This document shows positions 27,398 to 36,265 of a DNA stretch of 40,089 nt, piece by piece. The notes beneath the pieces are model-generated. The model did not search any database and was not told where the DNA came from. It saw only the letters and a program-made list of their open reading frames with translations. The first letter of the stretch is position 1. Every line of letters begins with the position of its first letter. The stretch spans positions 1 through 40,089 of the forward strand of contig DRBZ01000003.1 of assembly GCA_011043895.1 (NCBI GenBank). Reading direction: 5' to 3'. The position numbers and the translations under genes were made by a program. Origin of the DNA: Candidatus Cloacimonadota bacterium (GTDB lineage Bacteria > Cloacimonadota > Cloacimonadia > JGIOTU-2).

Positions 27398-27949
27398 ATG
27401 ATAGAGATACGCATGCATGGACGTGGCGGTCAGGGAGCAGTGAAAGCTTCCTTTGTACTGGCTGAAGCTGCTTTCCAGGGTGGAAAGTATGTTCAGGCAT
27501 TTCCACGTTTCGGTGTGGAACGGCGTGGTGCACCAGTCGAGGCATTCACACGCATCGATGATAAGCCCGTTCAAATCCGCTCACAAATTTATTATCCCGA
27601 TGGAGTTATTGTACTGGATCCCACGCTTACCGAGGTGGTTGATGTCACCAAAGGTTTGAAAAAAGGTGGCTGGATTCTGATCAATTCAAACAAAAATCCA
27701 GAAGAGTACGATTTTGGCGATGAGTATAACGTGTATATTGTTGATGCTACAGACATTGCAGTGCAGAACAAGCTTGGTTCACGCAGTGCTCCGATCGTGA
27801 ATACCGCGATCGTGGGAGCATTTGCAAAAATCACTGGACTTGTTGAGATAGACGCAGTCTACAAGGGTATTGAAAATTCTATTCCTCGTTTTCAGGAAGA
27901 GAATAAGAAGGCAGCCAAGCAAGCTTATGATTCGATAAAGAGTGAATAG
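27398..27949 (+). CDS. 2-oxoacid:ferredoxin oxidoreductase, gamma subunit (POR/VOR family)
   Basis: 183 aa. IRMHGRGGQGAV, FGVERRGAPV. AGGAGG RBS. Confidence 0.88.
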   Translation: MIEIRMHGRGGQGAVKASFVLAEAAFQGGKYVQAFPRFGVERRGAPVEAFTRIDDKPVQIRSQIYYPDGVIVLDPTLTEVVDVTKGLKKGGWILINSNKNPEEYDFGDEYNVYIVDATDIAVQNKLGSRSAPIVNTAIVGAFAKITGLVEIDAVYKGIENSIPRFQEENKKAAKQAYDSIKSE

Positions 27950-27962
27950 AAAGGATGTGACA

Positions 27963-28268
27963 ATGGCAATTAAATTTCAGAAATCAGATAAACCCATAAA
28001 GATCGAAGGCGCACATGATATGCCTCCAATGCCAGCAGCGCTCGGTTCGATGCTGTTCAATAAAACAGGTAGCTGGCGTAATGTCCGCCCTGTGATCGAT
28101 TATGATAAATGTATTAAATGTTTCATTTGCTGGAAATTTTGTCCCGAACCAGCAATCAAGATCGTGGACGAAAAACCGGTCATCGATTATGATTACTGCA
28201 AGGGATGTTTGATGTGTGTGGAAGAATGTCCCAAGGACGCAATCAATGAAGAGCTGGAGGGCAAATGA
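27963..28268 (+). CDS. 2-oxoacid:ferredoxin oxidoreductase, delta subunit (2x[4Fe-4S] ferredoxin)
   Basis: CIKCFICWKFCP and CKGCLMCVEECP. Start set at ATG 27963, after AAAGGA; the ORF track begins at GTG 27942. Confidence 0.85.
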   Translation: MAIKFQKSDKPIKIEGAHDMPPMPAALGSMLFNKTGSWRNVRPVIDYDKCIKCFICWKFCPEPAIKIVDEKPVIDYDYCKGCLMCVEECPKDAINEELEGK

Positions 28269-29413
28269 AAAAGACAATGATGGGTAACTATGCTGCATCC
28301 TGGGGAGCACAGCTTTCCCGCGTACAGGTGATTGCAGCATATCCGATAACACCGCAGACACTAATCGTAGAAAAGCTTTCAGATATCGTTGCAGACGGTG
28401 AACTGAAGGCAAAATTTATTAAAGTAGAATCTGAACATTCAGCAATGGCAGCATGTATTGGTGCTTCTTCCACTGGAGCCCGTGCTTATACAGCAACCAG
28501 CGCTCAGGGGCTTGCGCTCATGCATGAGATGCTTCACTGGGCTGGATTGGCACGCCTGCCAATCGTCATGGCAAATGTGAACAGAGCTATGGCTCCAGGC
28601 TGGTCAATATGGGCTGATCAGAATGACAGTTTGTCTCAGCGAGATACTGGCTGGATGTCTATCTTCTCATCAAGTGCGCAGGACATTCTGGATTCAACGA
28701 TCATCAGTTACAAGGTGAGTGAAAAAGTGCTACTTCCCACACTTATTTCCTTTGATGCCTTTTTCCTCTCACACACGGTCGAAGTTGTCGATATGCCAGA
28801 GCAGGAACTGGTAGATAAATTCCTTCCTCCTTATAAACCCGAATATAAAATGGACGTGAACGACCCTAGGTCATTTGGTGCACTTACCGATGAGCAGTAT
28901 TATTACGAATTCCGATATAAAATGCAGGAAGCCATGGATCAGGCAATCGATGTGATCAAAGAAACTTGTAGAGAATATGAAGAGATTACCGGACGTCATT
29001 ACGATCTCATTCATGCCTATCGATGTGAAGATGCTGATATGATCATGGTTACTTCGGGAACTATCGCAGAGACAACGAATGTAACCGTTGATACACTCAG
29101 AGAAGAAGGTCACAAGGTAGGAAATCTGCAGATAAGATATATCCGCCCCTATCCAAAGAAAGATATTCTTGCAGCGATCGGTGGAGCGAAGAAGCTCGCA
29201 GTCATCGACAGAAATATTTCACCGGGCTATAGTGGAATCTTCTCACAAGAGTTGAAGTCAGCACTTTATAATGAAATTGATATTCCTGTTCGTTCCTATA
29301 TTGCTGGGCTTGGTGGACGAGATGTAAAGATAGAGGATATCAAAGATATTGCCTATAATGCACTTGAGCATGATGAGCCAAATGATTTAATCTGGAAAGG
29401 AGTAAAGAAATGA
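28265..29413 (+). CDS. 2-oxoacid:ferredoxin oxidoreductase, alpha subunit
   Basis: 382 aa. MGNYAASWGAQLSRVQVIAAYPITPQT, ESEHSAMAACIGAS. ATGA overlap with the delta gene. Confidence 0.9.
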   Translation: MKKTMMGNYAASWGAQLSRVQVIAAYPITPQTLIVEKLSDIVADGELKAKFIKVESEHSAMAACIGASSTGARAYTATSAQGLALMHEMLHWAGLARLPIVMANVNRAMAPGWSIWADQNDSLSQRDTGWMSIFSSSAQDILDSTIISYKVSEKVLLPTLISFDAFFLSHTVEVVDMPEQELVDKFLPPYKPEYKMDVNDPRSFGALTDEQYYYEFRYKMQEAMDQAIDVIKETCREYEEITGRHYDLIHAYRCEDADMIMVTSGTIAETTNVTVDTLREEGHKVGNLQIRYIRPYPKKDILAAIGGAKKLAVIDRNISPGYSGIFSQELKSALYNEIDIPVRSYIAGLGGRDVKIEDIKDIAYNALEHDEPNDLIWKGVKK

Positions 29414-30285
29414 GATTAACAATTCCAGAACAAGAAATTATGTCACCTGGTCACCTCGCCTGTCAGGGCTGTGGAGGATCGCTGGCAATGCGTTATGCAC
29501 TCAAGATATTTGGAAAAGATACAATGCTCACGATTCCAGCATGTTGCTGGGCAGTGATCGATGGACCTTACCCATACACAGCAGTGAATGTCCCTCTTTT
29601 CCATACAGCATTCGAGACTGCTGCCATCATGGCTTCGGGCATCAAAGCTGGTTTGGAAGTACAGGGCAATACCTCGACCAATGTGATCGCATGGGCAGGA
29701 GACGGTGGCACCTTTGATATAGGCATGCAGGCAATTTCTGGCGCAGCAGAGCGAAATGATGATATTACGTATATCGTGTATGATAACGAAGCATATATGA
29801 ACACAGGAATTCAGAGAAGTTCAGCAACTCCTCATGGAGCATGGACGACCACTACTCCTGTAAAACACTACAAGAAGGGACCAAAGAAGAACATGGTTGA
29901 GATTATGGCTGCTCATAGGATTCCCTATACCGCAACCGCATCTGTTGGTTATCCAGAAGATTTAAGAAAAAAACTAGAACGAGCGAAGAACACGAAAGGA
30001 TTTAAATTCATTCACATTCTTGCGCCATGTCCCACTGGGTGGAAGACCGATCCCAGATATACAGTCAAACTCGCAAAGCTTGCAGTACAAACAAACATCT
30101 TCCCACTTTATGAAATTGAGGATGGTTTGCACTATAAGCAAAACATGAAAATTAAAGAAAGAAAGCCGATTAAGGAATATTTCAAGTATCAGGGAAGATT
30201 CAAGCATCTTCCAGAAGATGAGGTTAGCTATCTACAAGACCAGGTAGATAAGAATTTCGAAATTCTCTCCTTGAAATTCGAATAA
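29410..30285 (+). CDS. 2-oxoacid:ferredoxin oxidoreductase, beta subunit (TPP-binding)
   Basis: 291 aa. GHLACQGCGG, GDGGTFDIGMQAISGA, YDNEAYMNTGIQRS. ATGA overlap with the alpha gene. Confidence 0.9.
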   Translation: MRLTIPEQEIMSPGHLACQGCGGSLAMRYALKIFGKDTMLTIPACCWAVIDGPYPYTAVNVPLFHTAFETAAIMASGIKAGLEVQGNTSTNVIAWAGDGGTFDIGMQAISGAAERNDDITYIVYDNEAYMNTGIQRSSATPHGAWTTTTPVKHYKKGPKKNMVEIMAAHRIPYTATASVGYPEDLRKKLERAKNTKGFKFIHILAPCPTGWKTDPRYTVKLAKLAVQTNIFPLYEIEDGLHYKQNMKIKERKPIKEYFKYQGRFKHLPEDEVSYLQDQVDKNFEILSLKFE

Positions 30286-30300
30286 TAAGATAATATTATG

Positions 30301-30334
30301 ATCCCCTCTTCTTCTTATGTTGAGGGGATTTTTT
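30301..30334 (+). terminator. Rho-independent terminator of the oxidoreductase operon
   Basis: ATCCCCTC, 13-nt loop, GAGGGGAT, then TTTTT. Confidence 0.75.
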
Positions 30335-30427
30335 AATATAAAAAAAATTGAATAAAAACTTGACACGTATTTTTATACGGAAAACTATCAGGTTCCTCAT
30401 AATTCCCTCCTTTACTCTTAGTAGAGT

Positions 30428-30458
30428 CGAGCCGCTTCCCCGGCGGCTCGTTTTTTTT
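30428..30458 (+). terminator. Second, plus-oriented intrinsic terminator (orphan; see findings)
   Basis: CGAGCCGC, 7-nt loop, GCGGCTCG, then T8. The T-run overlaps the comEC stop codon on the opposite strand. There is no U-tract in the minus orientation. Confidence 0.65.
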
Positions 30459-32844
30459 ATATATCAGAATCAAATATTTCTTTTCCAGAAACAATCGTTT
30501 GAACCTTCAATGTATTTCCTCCATAAATAAAAACCACAGCACCATCTTGATCTGTTCTGAAAACACTTCCATAATTTTCTAAACGATGTATTATCTCTTC
30601 CTTTGGCAGATTATAACGGTTATTCTCACCAACTGAGATGACAGAATAATCTGGAGAAACCACTTCAATAAAATTTGGAGAGGAAGAAGTAGAGCTACCG
30701 TGATGTCCTACCTTGAGAATATCAACATCAAGTAGTTTTGAGTGATCGCTATCGCCAAGAAGTAGATTTTCAACTTCTTGCTCTGCGTCTCCGGTAAGAA
30801 GTAAAGATAACTCCTTATAATCGCATCGCAACACTACGGAATAGTTGTTTATATTATTTGCATTTGTATAATCAAATGCCGGATGGAGTAGTCTGATCGC
30901 AACTGGCTCGAACTCATCAAAAGAAAGTGATGTATCTGCATAGATTATTGGGATGTTCTTTTTTGAAAAATATTCGAGTGAATTCTGCCACAGCAATGAT
31001 TCATATTCGCATTTCGGAAGAAGCACTTCATCAGCATTCATGTTTTCTACTACACTCATTGCTCCACCTGTATGATCCGCATGGGGGTGAGTGAGCACAA
31101 GAAGGTCGATAGATTTAATTCCCTGAGATTGGAAGTATGGAATTATTACCTGTTCTCCATAGTTTTTTCCCTCGGTTTTGTCACCGGTATCAATTAGTAT
31201 GGTTTTTCTGTTTGGTGTTCTAATCACAATTGCATCTCCCTGACCAACATCAAGCACTGTCATCTGGAAGATTCGCGGTGAGATAAGAGATGGGATTATT
31301 ATCAGTAGAATTAATCCAACTAAAGCGAAAGACGATTTTACCAAAATTTTGAAAAAGGAATCGTTGTTTTTCCAGATAAGTATCAGCACAATTAAAATTC
31401 CATAGAGACCAACAACCTGAAAAGCATCAAGCACGAGAAAATCAAAAAGCAGTATCCTCTGTGATGAAACAAAATCTGAAAGTAAAAAGATAATAAAGAG
31501 GAGAAGTTTATTTGCAGCAGCATAACATATACTCAGGAATGGAATGGGGAGTAGGATCGAGAGCAACGAAAGCGGCAGAACCAACGAGATCATAGGAATC
31601 GCAAGCACATTAGCAATAATACCACCAAACGCTAATGTGTGGAAGTAATAGATCGTCAACGGAGCGAGGATAAGCTGAATAACAAAACTTAAGAAGACAA
31701 GACTGACAATCCAGAACAGAAATCTACATTTTTCTCTCAATGGATTCAGTAGTCTCGAAAAAAACTGAAAAACAATCAGGATCGAGAAGACTGATACAAA
31801 CGACAGTTGAAAACCAACGCTGAACAGTTGGGATGGATTAATGAGAAGGATGATAAACGCTGCACCGAACAGGATGTTAACGCTATCTACCTTCCTTTGA
31901 AGAATCTTTGCCAGCAACAACAAACTGATCATAATAACTGCCCGCTGAACAGATGGTACAGCATGAGCAAGCAGCATATAATAGATAAGTAGAAGAATTG
32001 TAATGATTCGAACAATATTTCTGTTTCTAATGAAGATTTGCAGGATGAGCAGTAAAATCAAAGCTATCACACCTGTGTGAAGTCCGCTTACTGCCAGAAT
32101 GTGGGATAATCCAGAACGGGCAAAATCCTTTCTGATCTGGGAAGGGAGAGATTCCTTTTCTCCAAGAAGTATCGCCTTTAAAAATCCTGCATATCGAGGA
32201 GAATAATATCGTTCAATTCTTTTTCGAAGCCAATCCCGGGGACTGATGATCGAATAATAGTAAAGATTGCGAGAAGAGGATGTAATCTGAATATCATTAC
32301 TATATGCATATGAGATACCATAAATATGCTTGTTTTCAAGGAATTCTCTGTAATTAAAACTGAAAGGATTATTGTTCTTATCTGCCCGAAAGACCGAACC
32401 TCGATACATTATTGAATCACCATATGTTATTCCAGAAGTTTCCCTCGAGATGTTCTTTATAAATACTTGAATTCTACCCTTGACCGATATTCCATCCAGC
32501 GATGAAATATTCACGATACAAGAAGTTTTATCATTCTTTATGATAGGCTCCTGACTGACTCTACCCTGAATTTCAAGTTTTTCCTGACCAAGTCTATCTA
32601 TAAAATGAGTTATGTGATTTATGGGGTATAATCCCGTAATTCTGAATCTGAATATTCCAAATGAAACGATAAAGATCAGCAAAAGAAAGAGGGATTTTCT
32701 TTTTGAGAATAATAAAAGAATCGAAATAATTGCGAGGAAGAAAAATAGATTGAAAAATGGAAACTCAACATTCTTCCCTATGATAATACCTGAAATGAAT
32801 GCGATACTTATCGGAATGAATGGACGGGAAATAATTTTCCTCAT
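30457..32844 (-). CDS. comEC: DNA internalization-related competence protein ComEC/Rec2
   Basis: 795 aa. Polytopic competence domain (GLSHILAVSGLHTG) plus a C-terminal metallo-beta-lactamase domain (DVGQGDA, THPHADHTGG, GHHGS). Confidence 0.88.
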   Translation of the reverse strand: MRKIISRPFIPISIAFISGIIIGKNVEFPFFNLFFFLAIISILLLFSKRKSLFLLLIFIVSFGIFRFRITGLYPINHITHFIDRLGQEKLEIQGRVSQEPIIKNDKTSCIVNISSLDGISVKGRIQVFIKNISRETSGITYGDSIMYRGSVFRADKNNNPFSFNYREFLENKHIYGISYAYSNDIQITSSSRNLYYYSIISPRDWLRKRIERYYSPRYAGFLKAILLGEKESLPSQIRKDFARSGLSHILAVSGLHTGVIALILLLILQIFIRNRNIVRIITILLLIYYMLLAHAVPSVQRAVIMISLLLLAKILQRKVDSVNILFGAAFIILLINPSQLFSVGFQLSFVSVFSILIVFQFFSRLLNPLREKCRFLFWIVSLVFLSFVIQLILAPLTIYYFHTLAFGGIIANVLAIPMISLVLPLSLLSILLPIPFLSICYAAANKLLLFIIFLLSDFVSSQRILLFDFLVLDAFQVVGLYGILIVLILIWKNNDSFFKILVKSSFALVGLILLIIIPSLISPRIFQMTVLDVGQGDAIVIRTPNRKTILIDTGDKTEGKNYGEQVIIPYFQSQGIKSIDLLVLTHPHADHTGGAMSVVENMNADEVLLPKCEYESLLWQNSLEYFSKKNIPIIYADTSLSFDEFEPVAIRLLHPAFDYTNANNINNYSVVLRCDYKELSLLLTGDAEQEVENLLLGDSDHSKLLDVDILKVGHHGSSTSSSPNFIEVVSPDYSVISVGENNRYNLPKEEIIHRLENYGSVFRTDQDGAVVFIYGGNTLKVQTIVSGKEIFDSDI

Positions 32845-32859
32845 AATTACCTCTAAAAG

Positions 32860-33984
32860 TTATTTATACGCGTTGAATATTTTTTTCTTTATTTCAGTAT
32901 CTATAGAGATGATCGTTTCTAAATCAGGATTTGGGATATTGTTTCTTGAAAGTTCATTCTCAATTATCTCAGGAATTTCGATAAATGATATTTTCTCCTT
33001 AAGAAAGAGTGTCACTGCTGCTTCGTTTGCTGCATTGAAAATGGTCGGCATAATTCCCTTTGCTTTGCCCACTTCAAAAGCGAGTTTTAGCAATGGGAAT
33101 TTTTCATAATTTGGTTTATAAAAGGTCAGTTCATGAATCTGTGAAAGGTCTGTATATTCTGCTGTTGCACGAATTCTGTTCGGATAACTTAGTGCATACT
33201 GGATAGGGATCTTCATGTCCGGGAAGCTGAGCTGTGCGATGATAGAACCATCGATAAATTCAATCATTGAATGGATGATGGATTGAGGATGTATAATCAC
33301 ATCAATATCTTCATACGGCATATCGAATAAATAATGTGCCTCGATAACTTCCAGCCCTTTATTTGCCATGGTTGCAGAATCGATTGTGATCTTATTGCCC
33401 ATTGCCCAGTTGGGATGCTGCAGCGCATCGCGAAGGGTGATATTCTTGAACGCCTCTTTTTTCAAATTATGAAAGGGTCCCCCCGAGGCAGTAAGAATGA
33501 CTTTTCTCACTTGTGATCTCTCTCTTACACCATTCAGGCACTGCATAATGGCACTGTGCTCACTATCCACTGGGATGATTATACACGAATTCTTTCTGGC
33601 TATTTCTGTGACGATCTCACCTGCTATAACCATCGATTCTTTGTTTGCCAGCGCAACATCATGTCCACTTTCAAGTCCTGAAACAGTATATTTGAGTCCC
33701 GCAGAACCTACAACAGCATTGAGTAAAATATCATAATCGGTATTTCTTAAAAGCTCAAGTAATGCATCTTCACCCTGATGAACCGAAGGATCAGTAATAG
33801 TATTCTCATTGCCCGTCATGACAATATGTTCAATTGGAATTCCCTTTGTGATCTCTTGAAGTAGCTCAAATTTTGAGTGGGAAGAAACTATGACAATTTG
33901 AAATCTGTCAGGATGATTTCTTACCACTTCGAGGGTTGATTGTCCAATCGACCCGGTTGCACCAAGTAATGCGATCTTCTTCAT
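32860..33984 (-). CDS. dxr: 1-deoxy-D-xylulose 5-phosphate reductoisomerase
   Basis: 374 aa. LGATGSIGQSTL, LANKESMV, PVDSEHSA, ILTASGGPF, HPNWAMG. Confidence 0.95.
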   Translation of the reverse strand: MKKIALLGATGSIGQSTLEVVRNHPDRFQIVIVSSHSKFELLQEITKGIPIEHIVMTGNENTITDPSVHQGEDALLELLRNTDYDILLNAVVGSAGLKYTVSGLESGHDVALANKESMVIAGEIVTEIARKNSCIIIPVDSEHSAIMQCLNGVRERSQVRKVILTASGGPFHNLKKEAFKNITLRDALQHPNWAMGNKITIDSATMANKGLEVIEAHYLFDMPYEDIDVIIHPQSIIHSMIEFIDGSIIAQLSFPDMKIPIQYALSYPNRIRATAEYTDLSQIHELTFYKPNYEKFPLLKLAFEVGKAKGIMPTIFNAANEAAVTLFLKEKISFIEIPEIIENELSRNNIPNPDLETIISIDTEIKKKIFNAYK

Positions 33985-33988
33985 AACA

Positions 33989-34807
33989 TTATCCAGTCAT
34001 ACTGAAATAAAAATAGAGGAATGGCGCACTGATAAGGAGACTGTCAAATCTATCCAAAATACCTCCATGACCAGGAATTAGGTTTGAAGTATCCTTAACT
34101 TCAAGGTCACGTTTTAAAATTGATTCAATAAGATCGCCAAGTTGACCGAGGAAGCCCACGATAAATCCGAACACGAGTATATCGAGCCAGGAGTAGAGTG
34201 CATAGTATCCAAAAATAAGATATACGAGCTGATTAAGTAAATACACACTCACGAAAGCAGTGATGAAACCAGCAATGAATCCCTCCAAAGATTTATTTTT
34301 ACTCGAACTAAAGATGTTCTTATGTTTCCCGAATGCTGCACCAAGGAAGTAGGCAGCAGAGTCAGTCAACCAGATCGATCCATATAAAATAATGAGTAGG
34401 AACCTACCATGTTCGAGTGATCGAATAAGGTATAAAAATGAAAGCATAAGAGGAAGATACATCAAGCTGAACATACTGTAAGAGATTCTTTCAATGGATT
34501 GGGGAATTTTGTTTGAGAATACGTCCAGTGCCACAAAGAAGAACAGAAAGAAGGTATAAAGAAAGGTTACATATTTCAATCCTGAATAAAAGATTAACCA
34601 GCTTATGATGAGTGCAGCGATCAGCAGGAATGGAAAGCGCATCGTCACATTTCTATGATCGCGTATAATAGAAAAAAGCTCATGCATACCAAAGATAATT
34701 ACTATTGAAAGAAGTGCTTGCAGTACATAACCGCCAAGCCACGCACAGATCAGCATGACAGGTCCATAGACCATGGAGCTCAAAACACGAACTGTGACTG
34801 TTTTCAT
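33989..34807 (-). CDS. cdsA: Phosphatidate cytidylyltransferase
   Basis: GDLIESILKRDLEVKDTSNLIPGHGGILDRFDS signature. Start set at ATG 34807, 1 nt after the uppS stop; the ORF-track extension to 34924 lies inside uppS. Confidence 0.88.
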   Translation of the reverse strand: MKTVTVRVLSSMVYGPVMLICAWLGGYVLQALLSIVIIFGMHELFSIIRDHRNVTMRFPFLLIAALIISWLIFYSGLKYVTFLYTFFLFFFVALDVFSNKIPQSIERISYSMFSLMYLPLMLSFLYLIRSLEHGRFLLIILYGSIWLTDSAAYFLGAAFGKHKNIFSSSKNKSLEGFIAGFITAFVSVYLLNQLVYLIFGYYALYSWLDILVFGFIVGFLGQLGDLIESILKRDLEVKDTSNLIPGHGGILDRFDSLLISAPFLYFYFSMTG

Positions 34808-34808
34808 A

Positions 34809-35528
34809 TTACACTCCACCAAAACGTCGTGAACGGTTCTGAAAATCCAGAATGGCTTTGAGGAATTCCTCCTGAGAAAAATCCGGCCAGAGTATATCAG
34901 TAAAGTAGAGTTCTGAATACGCAATCTGCCAGATCAGGTAATTGCTTAATCGTAACTCACCACTTGTGCGAATAAGAAGGTCAGGATCAGGAATGCCTTT
35001 TGTATAAAGATAGTTCGCGAATTCATCCAGTGAGATTGTATCTTTCTTCTCCTTCAGTAGTTTGTTAATTCCTTCGATGATCTCCATCCTTCCACCATAG
35101 TTTACCGCAACCAGCAGATGAAGCCCTGTATTATCTTTGGTCATTTCATACGCATTATCCATTTTTTTGAGCATTGAAGCGGGCAAGCCATTTCTCGAAC
35201 CGATGAATTGAATAATTACATCGTTCTCATCAAGCTCCTTTATCTCTTTCATAAGCGTTCGTTCGATGAGCGACAGTACTGCTTTCGGTTCATCGTTTGG
35301 ACGCCGCCAATTCTCGGTTGAAAATGCATAGATGGTCAAATATGGTAATCCGATCTCACCAGAAATCTGTACGATCTTCTTCACAGCTCGAGTTCCAACC
35401 TGATGACCTTTCAGACGTGGAAGATTCTTCTTTTTTGCCCATCGCCCATTGCCATCCATAATGATAGCAATATGGCGAGGAAGCGGATGTTCTTTTACTG
35501 CTTTAATGAGTTCTTGCTTTGATTTCAT
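34809..35528 (-). CDS. uppS: Isoprenyl transferase (undecaprenyl diphosphate synthase)
   Basis: 239 aa. HIAIIMDGNGRWA, YAFSTENWRRP, LLIRTSGELRLSNYLIWQ. Confidence 0.95.
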   Translation of the reverse strand: MKSKQELIKAVKEHPLPRHIAIIMDGNGRWAKKKNLPRLKGHQVGTRAVKKIVQISGEIGLPYLTIYAFSTENWRRPNDEPKAVLSLIERTLMKEIKELDENDVIIQFIGSRNGLPASMLKKMDNAYEMTKDNTGLHLLVAVNYGGRMEIIEGINKLLKEKKDTISLDEFANYLYTKGIPDPDLLIRTSGELRLSNYLIWQIAYSELYFTDILWPDFSQEEFLKAILDFQNRSRRFGGV

Positions 35529-35579
35529 GGCAAAGATAATTGTGCGTAACGTGCGTACTTGCTGTCAATAAAAGCAGTA

Positions 35580-35609
35580 TAAAAAAATGGGCACCCATAA
35601 GGATGCCCT
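35580..35609 (-). terminator. Rho-independent terminator after the Spy/CpxP-like gene
   Basis: On the minus strand: GGGCATCC-TTATG-GGTGCCC (one bulge) followed by ATTTTTTT. Confidence 0.55.
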
Positions 35610-35629
35610 ACGTGAGAGGGAGAATAGCT

Positions 35630-36127
35630 TTATTCTTCGCAGTTATGATGCAAATTTGGGTGTCCTTTTGGCATTTCACTGCGCAAGTCTTTCATCTTTT
35701 CGATTTGATCCTGCGTGAGGATCGAGTGGACCTTTTCTTTCACATTAATATGTTCTTTGGCAATGTCTGCTTTTTTAGCGTATATCTGATCAACGAGCTT
35801 TTGGGCTGCTTTGAAATCTTCATCTTTCAGTGCTATTCTCTGGTCGATTTCCAATTTATCGATATCTGCCTTAAGATCAATGATTTGCTTCTTAGATTGT
35901 GCAAGAAAGTCCATGACCTGGTCGATCTGATCATCGCTCAATTCAAGCTCATCAGCCATCCAGAAAGGAAAGCCCATAGAAGCATCACACTTTTTCATTG
36001 GATGTTCCATTTTACCTTTTCCCTCACGTTGCATCATTTGTTTTCCCTGAAGATTCATCTTCATCTGGGCAAAGAGTGGTGTTGTCATCAGTGCGAACAA
36101 TACGACGAGTACCACATATTTTTTCAT
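35630..36127 (-). CDS. Periplasmic Spy/CpxP-family (LTxxQ) protein
   Basis: Signal peptide MKKYVVLVVLFALMTTPLFA. Two LxxxQ motifs (LSDDQIDQV, LTQDQIEKM), helical and charged. GGAGG RBS. Confidence 0.65.
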   Translation of the reverse strand: MKKYVVLVVLFALMTTPLFAQMKMNLQGKQMMQREGKGKMEHPMKKCDASMGFPFWMADELELSDDQIDQVMDFLAQSKKQIIDLKADIDKLEIDQRIALKDEDFKAAQKLVDQIYAKKADIAKEHINVKEKVHSILTQDQIEKMKDLRSEMPKGHPNLHHNCEE

Positions 36128-36265
36128 TGTAACCTCCGATTGGTTATTTAGTTTTCACATCTTTGGTTATTATGAGTGAGAATGTGGGGAAAAAGTTTAA
36201 AATATGGAATCTTTTTTTGAATTAATGAATTCATGAACTGCTGTATTTGCTCCAAAGAGTAATAA

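Noticed and set aside
27180-27545. 122-codon N-terminal extension of the yibQ-like ORF
   Set aside because: It overlaps the start of the divergent porG-like gene and its RBS/promoter. Its composition is not protein-like. The internal ATG 27179 gives the typical basic-anchor N-terminus.
30348-30530. 60-aa plus-strand ORF spanning the porB/comEC gap
   Set aside because: It starts at a non-ATG codon, runs through a strong terminator hairpin and into comEC antisense. It is not credible as a gene.
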